DNA from: Dimorphilus gyrociliatus
Lineage: Eukaryota > Animalia > Annelida
Reading direction: 5' to 3'
NCBI GenBank assembly: GCA_904063045.1
Contig: CAJFCJ010000020.1
Span: 364,916 to 428,915, forward strand
Length of the DNA stretch: 64,000 nucleotides
Shown: piece by piece, positions 23,282 to 35,064 of the stretch
Layout: every line of letters starts with the position of its first letter
Position numbering within the stretch: position 1 is the first letter of the stretch
The notes under the pieces: generated by a model
Seen by the model: only the letters and a program-made list of their open reading frames with translations
Database searches by the model: none
What the model was told of the DNA's origin: nothing
Position numbers and translations under genes: made by a program

Positions 23282-24887
23282 GAGAAAGAGAAACTGAAAT
23301 AGTTAGAGGAAGAGGAAGAGGGAGAGGGCGAAATAGATAGCGAAAAAGAAAAAGAGAACGATAGTCTTTTAATGAAATATTAACCTGTTTATTGTCTTTA
23401 CATACATCCCTCTATTCTTTTATTATTAAAATAGTTTTTATATTGTTTTTCAACCTTATAGTCACGGCTGTAACTGCAAGCGTATTTTTCCTTGTAATAA
23501 TATCTGTCGACCGTTTACTGGCCTTAGTTTTTCCATTGAAGAAACGTGTAACGAAATCACGCGCTACTTTCATCGTACCTGTTTGCTGGTTATTGTCCTT
23601 TTCTATCGCGATTCCAAATTGTATATATCGGCGTCTGAGAGAAACAAAATGGAAAAATGTTACACAAAAAATATGTCAGGAAGAATGGCCTAGATACGTA
23701 TACGAATGGAGAGACGGAGTATGCATTTATCATATGCCCGGAAGGCAGGTGGAATCTACTCGTTTCTAAAATTATATAATTCTTTTAAAGCCTATTTTGA
23801 AAAATTCAAACGATAAAAAGATTGCACTCATTTCCTTTCTTTTATCCAGGTCTACTTCATTTTACAACCTATTGTATTGTACTTTATACCCGTTGTTATT
23901 GTGATCTTTGCTTATGTACTTATAAGCACGTCCTTATGGAAGAGAAAGTGTCCAGGCGAACAAACAGATCAAATGGTTAAGATCCAATTAAAATCAAGAA
24001 AGAAGGTTGACTACTCTATTTGGGCAATTTCTTTGAATAACAAATTTAATTCAAATTACAATAAAACAGGTTGTAAAGATGATGATTTTTGTATTGGCCG
24101 TCTTTATTATTTGTTGGACAAGCCAGCAAGTTATTGTCTTATACGGAGCAGTAAACGCCAATAATATAGACCTAATGAGAAAGGCAGTATTCATTGAATA
24201 ATCGTTACTCTATTTTTCATGAAATTATGTAAATATTTTATTAAACTGTAATTGAAAAACAGATTCCATCTTGGTTAGCTGAATTTCTTGCCATTTATTT
24301 AGCCTATTTTAATAGCGCCCTTAATCCAGTTCTCTACGCTGGTTTAAATGAAAATTTTCAGGTATAAAAAAAAATTTACTGTAAATTTTAAAATCACAAA
24401 AATTGAAAGAAATTTCCCTTTTTTTACTTTTGTTTTTTTACACTTTTCTCTTTTTTTTATATTAATGAAATGAATAAGAAATTTTAACGTTTCTTCCAAA
24501 CTCTTATTACAGAAGGGTTTCTTTCATCTCTTTACTTGTGAAAATCGAAAAAGACGTCGAAGCGTTTTTCCAGGTTAGTAGGCCTAAATACTTTTGTATA
24601 TATAGACAAGCGTCGCGCACGCGTCAATATTCGATCGATTTCCTTCTTTTTTTTTACGTCGCTATAGTTACAGATCACTCGACATTTGTTTTCCTTAGAT
24701 AATTTTTTTTTCTTTTCAAACAGACGACGCTACATTAAAAAGAGTGCCGAAAAAAGCAAGTTCTTCTTCAACGAAAGGTACAACAGCCACTACCTTACAA
24801 TCATCAATGTCAAGTAGAGCGCCACCTATCGAAAATAAACTGACTTTTGCGCCATCTGACAGAATCGAAACGATAGCTGAAAAATAG
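22428..24887 (+). CDS. Class A (rhodopsin-like) GPCR, neuropeptide-receptor-like; 7 exons (22428-22830, 23462-23748, 23850-24005, 24070-24183/24186, 24263-24361, 24513-24573, 24724-24887)
   Basis: TM1 GN, TM2 NLAISD, ECL1/TM3 PFGSFIC, DRL (DRY variant), TM4 CW, ECL2 CQEEWP, TM5 YFIP, TM6 CWTSQ, TM7 NSALNPVLY, helix 8 NENFQKGF. Confidence 0.92.
23234..23277 (+). repeat. (AG)n microsatellite, about 22 units, in GPCR intron 1
   Basis: Read directly from the sequence. Confidence 0.95.
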
Positions 24888-25218
24888 AACAAACAAAATG
24901 AATTTGTATATTTTTCTGTTGCAAGAAATTACAGAAATATTTCCTTCTATCTCTTTGTTATGATTAATTTAAGACATAAAAAATTATTCATGCTTTATCT
25001 ACAAAAAAATATACTGTAAATTATTGTAGATCTCTGGTTAGCTTTAAAGAAGATAGATTTTTCATGTAGAAGAGAAAAGTTAACTACACCCTAAATTTTA
25101 TTATCCAATAAAAATATATTCATAATTAAGTAAAAGGAAACACGTTTCTTTTATCCGAATACTGTCTATCAAATGTCTTCCTTCTCTATTAAAACTATGT
25201 ATTCTGTTATATTTTTAA

Positions 25219-25477
25219 TGCGAAAAAATATATTTAATAACAGCAAGAGTAATAAATAGACTAATTTATTCTTTTATAACCTATGAGCTCAGAGTCGCCT
25301 GGAATAATTTTAACAATTGTCTTATTAGTCTCTGTATCTTGTTGAAGCTTGCAAACGGCAGTAAAGAGCTGATAAGATATGATAAAGTTACGCATGCGCA
25401 TGAACAAAGTTCATTCATCTTGTCTGTTCCACACGACAAGTGTCCTGCGGATCGCTCGATACAAAATTTCCTAAGAG
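25219..25477 (+). other. Candidate upstream (alternative first) exon of the villin-like gene
   Basis: Stop-free frame that is GC-richer than its flanks and ends in a strong AG|GTAAGA donor (25478). Its phase 1 joins in frame to the acceptor at 26353-26354 (g|tc aaa tat tta aca ATG). The frame contains no ATG. Confidence 0.4.
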
Positions 25478-25863
25478 GTAAGAGTATTTCGAGCAATAAG
25501 AAATCTTTTCTATCCACAAACAATCCTTGACAAGAATTCGAACGAATATAAACATTTGTACACATATATTATGTATAGAATGGCAATATTAATTATTATA
25601 TGTATAAGAATTGATTTATTCTTCGTTTTAGAACATATACAGATTATCTTTTGCACTTTTTTTTTGTTTTAGTCCTGATAGAATAATTAATAGATAAAAT
25701 AGTTAGCTAACATTCTTTTTTTTATCGTTTAATTATACGGATTGGTATTGAATTTTCATTCATTACCAATTCAATCAACCTTTTGCTATTCCGTTAAGGA
25801 AAGGGATGTGGTTGAAAATTATGCTAGATCACGCTAAAGCCGGATCGATAAGCTAAAGCGCAA

Positions 25864-25871
25864 TATAAAAG
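25864..25871 (+). promoter_or_regulatory. Candidate TATA box (TATAAAAG) upstream of the villin ATG
   Basis: Matches TATAWAWR and follows a CpG-containing patch. The region is AT-rich, so a chance match is possible. Confidence 0.25.
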
Positions 25872-26368
25872 TTATCGTTGATTTAAAAAATATTATCTAT
25901 AAACAACCTACTTTTTATATATCACTTGTTTAAAAAATTTGAACTTAATCAACTGTTTTATTTTCAAAAAAAAAAATATTAAAATATTTCTTGTTAGTTG
26001 TGACATTGTAAAGCATTGAGCTAGTTAAAAAGATTTTTATATTGCTTTAATTAGATAAAAAGGAATTAAAACTTTAAAGAGAGTAAACCATTAATATGTT
26101 TATATATGTAATAAATACACATTTCATAAGCTTTATGACTTTTTTAACAAACATTAAAATATCCATTATATATTTATATAGTATATGATAAATATAGTAA
26201 CTTGTCTTTTTTTCTCTCTCTCTCTCTTTCTCTTTTTCCCACTCTTGAAATAAGGTTATCTATGTGACTTAACATAACAGTTTCTACTTTTTCTTATACT
26301 ATACTATGTTTTTATTGACGATTTATAATAAAAAAGTACATTTTCTTTATTTAGTCAAATATTTAACA

Positions 26369-29300
26369 ATGAATGGTGAAGTTACTGTCGAAGTTCACCC
26401 TGCTTTACAAGGTAGTGGAGAAGCTGAAGGTTTAGAAATATGGAGAATCGAATCGTTTGAACCTGTTAAACAAGAAAAATCAACTTTTGGAAAATTTTAT
26501 GAAGGTGATAGCTATGTTATTCTGTCTACTAAAAAGCTATCAGGACAGAGTAAATTTGAATATCACATTCATTTTTGGCTCGGAAAGAAATCAACTCAAG
26601 TAGAATATGGTCTTTTATTATAATGACTTGTACTAAAATGTATATTTTGGTTATAGGATGAACTAGGTAGTGCAGCTATTAGAGCGGTTGAACTTGACGA
26701 GTATCTAAGCGGATCAGCCACGCAACATAGAGAAGTAATGATACTAGGTTATAATAATCAAAAATTATGTATTAATCATTAATTCTATAGGCCCAAGGAC
26801 ATGAATCGAAGCTTTTCTTATCTTACTTCAAAGAAGGAATTAAGTATGTTGTGCACCTCTAATAGCTGACTTTAGCTATACCTTATTTAAGGATTAGTGT
26901 ATATAACCAATATCATCATGGATGCTTTTTCCTAGGTATGTTAGAGGCGGAGTTAAGAGTGGATTTAATGAAGTAGATTTGACGAAATTCGAAAAACGAT
27001 TATTCCAAGTTAAAGGAAAAAGGAATGTTAGAGTAGAACAAGTAGAATGTAAATGTGGATCGCTTAATCAAGGAGACGTTTTTATCTTGGATTGTGGTCC
27101 CAACATATTCGTATGGATTGGACCAAAGAGTAGTAAAATCGAAAAAATTAAGGGAACAAATATTGCAAGAAAAATAAGAGATGATGAAAAAGCTGGACGA
27201 TCCCATATTCATATTGTCGGTTAGTTGAAAGATTAATCAATTCTTAGCTAGATTTTTCCTCTAAATCATTGACTGTCTTTAGATAAAGATTGGGATACTA
27301 ATGAACTATTTTTCAAATCTCTTGGATCCCGTGATAAAACTATTAAGGCCGCTGAAGCTGGTGGTGATGATATGGACATGATAAGAATGGCTGAAAGAGA
27401 AATGACATTATACAAGTAATAAATTAAGTTTTAAATTGATTTTTAACTAATCTCTTCTCCTCCACTTCAAGAGTGCTATTGGATGACAATAAGCCTGTTA
27501 TAGAAGAAGTTACAGTTAGACCATTTAAAAGGGCTATGCTTAAATCTGAGGTATGGAAAGTTAAATTGCTATTAATTTTCCCTTGTTCATTATTTTCCTC
27601 ATAATTATAGAACTGCTATGTCCTCGATTCTGGATTTGGTGGAATTTTCGTCTGGACAGGAAAGAAATGTCCTTTTGAAACTCGTAAAAAAGTTTGGAAG
27701 GGTGTTCATGTATGCTTAAAGAATTTTTATTATGCTTTCTATCGACATCTATTTATATTCATATCTGTCGAATTTCAGACCTTCATTGCCGAAAGAGGAT
27801 TCCCAGCTTGGATAAATGTTACAAGAGTTGTCGAAGATGGAGAGTCACCTATATTTCAACAATACTTCATAGATTGGGCTCAAGATGACGCTGTAATGCC
27901 AAAAGAAATCAAAGGCAACGTTGCCTCTCAAAATTATGAAGAATTTGATGGTTCAAAATTGCATTCATCAGCCCCTAAACTTAAAGATTTTATGCCTGAT
28001 GATGGCAATGGCAGCGTACAAGTATGGAGAATTGAAAATTTCAATATGGTTTCTGTACCAGAGGAGGCTTATGGTTTCTTTTTTGGAGGCGATAGCTACG
28101 TCATCTTATATACATACGAAAAGAATGGTAAGAAGAATTACATCATTTATTTCTGGCAGGTGAGAATGCTCATAATACGAAAGTAGTTAATCATTCCTCT
28201 GATATTATCACATTTTAAAATTTAAATTTAGGGATTGAAAAGTTCCACTGATGAAAAGGGAACATCTGCCCTAAAAGCTATTGAACTAGATGACAAATTG
28301 GGTGGAGAAGCTGTCCAAGTGAGCTTATTTATTATTTATAGAATACTTTCTTTTATTTTATATTAACTTCTAATAAACACTATAGATGCGTGTCGTTATG
28401 AATAAAGAACCAGCACACTTTATGAAAATCTTTAAGGGTAAAGTCGTCTATTTCATGGTAAATTATTACTATTTAAAGCATTCTGTTTATAATAATCGTA
28501 TTCATTAATTATTTGATCAGGGTGGACACGTTTCTGGCTTCAGAAATGTTCATGACAGAGATAATTATGATCCTAATGCAACTATTTTATACCATGTCCG
28601 TAGTGATAGCGTTGATAGCACAAAAGCAGTTCAGGTACTTTAAAAATAATCGATTAAATCAGGTTTCAATACTAAAATTGATACTTTATCTAAATTTATT
28701 TATAAACTCTCTAGGTCGAAGCAAGAGCATCTAAATTGAATTCAAATGACATCTTTGTCATAGAAACATTGAAGAATGTTGGAGTATGGATTGGAAAGTA
28801 TGCTAATGAACAAGAAATTGAAATGGCGAAATTAATGTGCGAATACCTAGCCCCCGAAAGAGGACAGCCTATTGTTTATGAAGAGGGTTCAGAAACTGCC
28901 CAATTCTGGGATGTTTTGGGCGGTAAAGAGAGTTATTATACTGGGCCAGCAAAAAAACAAAGTATGACCATGCCCACGAGACTCTTTCACTGCTCTAATG
29001 CATCTGGAAAGTTTATTGTTGAGGAAATTGTTGAATATAGCCAACAAGACTTGGAAGAAGATGATGTCATGATCTTGGACAATTACGATGAAGTTTTTAT
29101 CTGGATTGGAAATGGAGCTAACGATTTTGAGAAGAGAGAAGCATTGAAAACTGCCTATAGCTATCTTAACTCCGATCCCACAGGACGAAATGAGAATAAC
29201 ACAATGATAATTGTAGTTAAGCAAGGCTTTGAACCACCCCAATTTACAGGCCATTTCCATCCATGGGATACCGACCTTTGGAATGTAATTAACATAAATT

Positions 29301-29695
29301 TAATTATATTTGAATATTTTTTATCCTTTTTAATGTTGTTATATTTAGCATGGGCTTACTTTTGATGAAATATTAAAAGAGGTTGGAGAAGAAAATGCCG
29401 GAATTAACTTGTTAGAAGATGAGGTAAAAAAGTACACATCCTTTTATCCTTTGGACGTTCTCCAAAGGAAACTACCTCCAGAGGGCGTTGATGTTACTTG
29501 CAAAGAAGTAAATATTGCTTACAAAATAATATTATAGAATATAAAGATAACGGTTTTTTTTTTCTCTTCATTTTCCAATAGCTTTATTTAAGCGACGAAG
29601 ATTTCCAAGCTACGTTCGGAATGTCCAAAGAATACTACGAAACTATTCCACAATGGAAGAAACTTAACCTTAGGAAACAACACAATTTGTTTTAG
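26369..29695 (+). CDS. VIL1: Villin/advillin-like actin-binding protein: six gelsolin domains plus headpiece, 14 coding exons
   Basis: G1 GLEIWRIE...FYEGDSYVIL...IHFWLG, G2 RLFQVKGKRNV...LNQGDVFILD, G3 NCYVLD, G4 VQVWRIE...FFGGDSYVIL, G5 LNSNDIFVI, G6 RLFHCSNASG...LEEDDVMILD. Headpiece PPEGVDVTCKE|LYLSDEDFQATFGM...PQWKKLNLRKQHNLF*. The symbol denotes the family, not strict orthology. Confidence 0.93.
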
Positions 29696-30154
29696 AGTGC
29701 CTTCAAAAAGAGTGTTAAAATCATAATATGACTGATTTTTTTTAGATCTTAAATATATCAGAGTACGTATTGTTTTGTAGACATAGAAAAATGAAAAAGT
29801 CTTTACTTTTTATTTGAATTATAGAAAAATGGTGCCGTGAAAAAATAAAATAATTGATTATTTAAGAATTCACTTTTTTTTATTGACTCGCTATGTAATC
29901 AAGTAGGTTTATAGATGAAAAAAACTAACATAAATGATAACAAAGAACAAAGATGTGCTCAATCTCAAATATCTTCTTTTTTCTTTTTTTTTTGGGAAAT
30001 AACTCTCTTTACTGATCCATTTCTCTTTTTATTGCGTAAGCAAAAAGATAAGGCACATTTTCTAACAAAACCAAAGCAAAGGGAAGTTATAAAAGGTTAA
30101 ACATATATTTTTTTATTCATTTCACGCATTAAGCTATTCGATTTCGTTCAAGCA

Positions 30155-33100
30155 ATGTTCAAATTTTTTTGGATATTATTAATTATTAAGCCAGAGTTAA
30201 TATTAGGAAAGTGTGTTTCTCTTTCTGACGAATATTTATGTGACATATCAGAAAACGCTAAAATAGGTATTGTTATATTAAATTTATATATATTAAGTAC
30301 ATGTTTTTTTAATATAAAACAGGCACCACAATACTATCGTTTAATGCCAATGAATTCACAGACATAGAGACCTCCAAGTTTTCAGACTATTTTAAACTGG
30401 AAACATATGCCCTCAAAACGAATAAAATATTTGATTTAGCTGTAATAACTGATGGGCCTGTGGTAATTTATTGATTTATACCATTGGAATTATAGATATA
30501 ATTATAAGACTTTCTTTTAAAGATTCCAATACCTGATAATCCAAATATATGTGAAATTGAACCAAAACCTGATTCTCTAGTGGTAATATCATCATATTAT
30601 AACTAGTATTGAAAAAACTTGTGAAGTATTATATATTGAATTCAGGATGAGAATGTTGATAGTGTCACAATTCGGTTGATTAAAGGGGCGAAAAACCTTA
30701 GTGTACCACTGAAACTAAAGATACAAAAAATTTTCTCAAAAGCCCCTGAATTTTGTTCACAGTCACTCTCATTAAGTATAAGCGAGGTTTGTATCTATCA
30801 AAGAGATAACAATAATCAATTTCTAGATATAATTTGTGCAGGCAGCTCCAATAGGGACGACAATAATTGGTTTAGTTGGTTTAGCTTACGACCCTGATTT
30901 TAAAGGGAGAGTACAGACTTATTCTATCGAAGTAATGAATTAATACAAATCTTAGCTTTAAGGCATAAAATATGTTGAAAGTATACATATATAGATATAT
31001 ATATGTGTAGCACATACTTTTATTTATATAGTCAAATGAAGAAGAAAAGGTTTCTATTCGTGGTGATAATATGCAACAGCTAAAATTGATTCTAACTAAA
31101 GAATTTAACTACGACAAAGGTGATCGGGAATACAACTTTACGCTAGTTGCAATTGTAAGAATATATCTATAAATTAATGAAAAAGTGATAAATATGCCTT
31201 TTTAACATCAAAAGGACAATTCCAAAAATACGAGCTCGACAACATTTACCTTAATTATTCAGGATGCTGACGACCAGAATCCTGCATTTACTCAATTTGA
31301 ATATTTCTTTAACTATACTGAAGAGGTAAAAGAGAATTAGTCATCATGTAAAAGAAACGAAATTTTGTTGACTCTGATTTTATTGGAATATTTAGGAAGA
31401 TTATCTAATCGAAGAAAATATGACTAAACGAAATTTTTTGCAAGCTTTCGATGAAGATATAGAAATAAATCAAACAATTTACTATTCAATAGAAGGTCGG
31501 TTTATATTTTATGTGTTTTTACAGTGTAATAATAAGCCTACTCTGTATTAATAAAATGTGTTAGATCAGGATATGGAAGGAATTTTTTCCATTAACAAAC
31601 AAACAGGAGAGATAATCCCTTTAATAAAATTTGATAGAGAAGTGAATGAATCATTTTCATTCATTGCGAAAGCTTATCAAATAGATAAACCTGATTTAAG
31701 AAAAGCTTTTGCAAGAGTTCATATAAAAATTTTAGATGTAAATGATAATCCTCCAGAAATGATGGAAAAGGAGTATTCCGTATCTATAAATGAGAATTTA
31801 AATGAGGGGGCCATTTTACTACAAGTAAGGGCAAATGATAAGGATATTGTAAGTTTTATTGATATAAATATAAATATAAATACAAAAATTATAATAACAA
31901 CTTCTATATGGACATGTAAAGGATGACAACGGACTTTTTAAGTACCAAATAGACAACTATACAAATATAATAGAAGTTGATGCTAACGGTTACATAAGAA
32001 TAGCAAATCAAACACTGTTTGATAGGGAAATCTTTAATTATATTGAGTTTGGCGTTAGTATTCATTAAGCTTGATGTACCTATTGTTCTTCTTTCATTTG
32101 TTACAAAAAAAACAACAGGTGTACGCTAAGGAATACTTAACGAATGAATTAAGGGAAAGTAGTCGTTCTAGAGTTGCTATTTCACTTATAGATGTCAATG
32201 ACAATAATCCAGAATTTACGAATGAGAATTTCAAGTTTAAAATTCCAAATTCTATTAAACTAATTGAGGAATTCCCTCGTTTAACGGTTCAGTTACATAC
32301 TCTACCTTATCTTTTCTATCAATCTAAAATAAATACCGAATTTTATTTGTTACAGGTGGAAGCCACTGACCGAGATAGCAATTTAAACGGTCTCGTAAAT
32401 TATGTAATAGTTCCTGATCATAATATATTCAATATCAATCCTCTTAATGGTCATATATTTCCAAGACATGTCTACAATTTGACGGAAAACCTGACAATAT
32501 CTCTAAATGTTAAAGTCATTGATCAGAGTAAGAATTTGAATGAGAGAAGGTTTATTTTATAAATTGTCATGCATTTAGTTATATTCATTGTATTTTTTAC
32601 CAAATTAAACGTCTCGTAGATCGAATTTTAGAACGATATTTTTGCTCTCGACAAATGAAACTTTGCGAGTATCCTCCACGTTGCCAAATGACGATGCTTT
32701 CACCACCGAAAAGGGTGTAACTGATATTTCTACGTTATTTTCAACTGAGAGTCCTGATATTAATAGAACATGCACCATTATTAACGAAATACGAAATGTA
32801 AGTGTCTTTAGGGAGTTTATCATAGTATTTCTTTGTTATACTATTGTATTCCATGCAGGAAGAATCGAATAAACTCATTTATATTATTATTATATGTTTG
32901 CTATCTATATTGTGCTGCACTCTCCTTATATCACTTATACTATTAAAAGTGGAAAAAATCAAAGAGAAAAACAACATTTCGGACGAATGGACTCAATGTT
33001 CCATCAGCGATGAAAATTCTAATAAGATAGAAATAATCCCTACTTGTAATACTATTTCTATAGTGGACACAAACGAAGTTTTAACCATACCTATGTGTAA

Positions 33101-33383
33101 TGGAGAGGACATAATTTCTCCCTGTGATACAATTTTGGTACAAACAGATCATACAGCAAATATAAGGCTTCGGGAAAAAAGTGAAAGTTTTCGCAGCGAA
33201 GATACACAAATTGATTTGTCAATTGATAATGATCCAATATCCGATATTGAGGATTGTGAAATGAACGAAATAGAAAGAAGAAGTCTAAAAGAATTGTTTG
33301 CAGAAGAGTCAATTCTTTCTGTATATGAACTTGCCGATGGTAAGGATGAAGCTATTAAAGCACCGGTCTTTTCAACTGTTTAA
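30155..33383 (+). CDS. Cadherin-related (CDHR / Cad87A-Cad99C-like) single-pass protein: signal peptide, about 5 EC repeats, short S/T stalk, TM, tail ending in a PDZ-binding motif (FSTV*); about 14 exons
   Basis: MFKFFWILLII signal peptide. Ca-linker motifs AYDPD, DADDQNPAF, AFDED, FDRE, DVNDNPPEM, ANDKD, DVNDNNPEF and ATDRD. TM LIYIIIICLLSILCCTLLISLILL. No catenin-binding domain is visible. Confidence 0.88.
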
Positions 33384-35064
33384 TAATATTTGTTTTATTC
33401 GTAAATATGCTCATTGAGAGAATCTATTTTTGTGTTTAAAATATGTAGTTTGTTGATCTTTTCAAGGACATCATATACTAATTATACTGTAATAACGTAT
33501 CAAATGATTGGTAATGGTAAATATATTTGATATAAATTATATATCCTCCTCTAGAATGTTAATCCTATTTACAATATAAAGATAGTATGATAGGGAAAAG
33601 GGAATTATAAAAAATTTAATAAGCGGATTAATTCTTATTTATTTAAATGTATAAAAGTATTAACAAACACTCTATCATGGTATTAAAATTTATTTTAGTA
33701 AACAAAGTGTATAAACTTGATATTTATTAGGCAAAAGAACTGTTCAATGATGATTTAATTTAAAGAAATTCGTAAAAGAATATAAGAAGGTTCCAAGTTT
33801 AGGCGATAGATGTCAGGGCGTTTCTTAGAATCAATACGTACACCCATGTATACAGATCGAGTGAAAAAAAAGGAAGTGTGCGCATGCTCCACCAGGTGTA
33901 CGGCGACGCCAGGTGTGTTTTCCAGGCGATATTTTTACAACTCTATACAATCGAAATTTTTACGTTCACGTTTGAATCCATTGATTCTTTTGAGAGGTAA
34001 TAAATATCTTAATATTTTCTTCATAAATTTCTAACATTTTTAGGCGAGTAGTCATAATATTTACATTTTTTACCATTCAAAAGGAGGAGCTTCAAATAAA
34101 ATCATAGTACAATTGTAGCGCCACTTTTGTACATCGTTTTCTCTTAGAGATCAAACAGTCAGCATTGAATTTATGTATAAATGTGTGTATATTTTGTACG
34201 TGACTAAGAGAGCTTTTGTATTTTGAACATCTTTTAGACAAGTCTATAAATAGACTTGTTTATACTAAGTTGATGTATATAATTATTTGAAAATACATAA
34301 GGGAATTTTACTCGTACGACGACTATTGTCCATTTTTTTTAATACTACGTTCTCTTTTTTTGTCATTGACGTTTTACCGATAAAAATCAAAGGTGAATTC
34401 TTTCCTCTACTGAAACACAAGTTAAATCGATACTTTTATAAAATTTTGTTCAGTTCAAAAATATAGAAAGTTCTTTTTGATTTTTTTGTAGTTTTGTTTC
34501 AATTTAACGATATTTTAAAAGGTTCTTATTAATTTTTATTTTTAGTTTAATTCTTTTTAAAAGTTTTCATATTATATTTTTCTATTTTCTTTAATTTTTA
34601 TCCATATTTTTATTATTGAGGTAATCTAATAGTCGATAAATAATAAACTATAATTATTTATATACAAGGTTTTTCACTTGCTCTAATTGAACTTTTTAAA
34701 TGTGTTAATTATTTAGGAGGGAAGTATAAAAAGGAATTCCGTCTACCTTCACAAACCATAAATCAAGCTGCTCTTAAAGATTTCTCCAACTTTTTAATGA
34801 AATGGTGAAGATGGCATAGATAATTTCATTTTAGATTTATTGGAGAAATTCATTTCTGAATTCATATAGGCAATACATATATATCTATATATATATATTT
34901 ATTTATTTTAATGTATTAAATATATATATATATACATATATATGTATCTATATAAATCATATATGTGAATATAACTCTTTTCTATAGATGGATTGTATAT
35001 ATATATATGTTTTTATGAGTGTATATTTATATACTATTTAAATACTAAGAAGAAGAGTTATATA

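Noticed and set aside
25281-25565. 94-aa minus-strand ORF
   Set aside because: No domain or splice support; better explained as the antisense of the candidate villin upstream exon.
34993-35064. ORF-track start of the 817-aa ORF
   Set aside because: Non-ATG start in TA-repeat DNA; the first ATG is at 35065.
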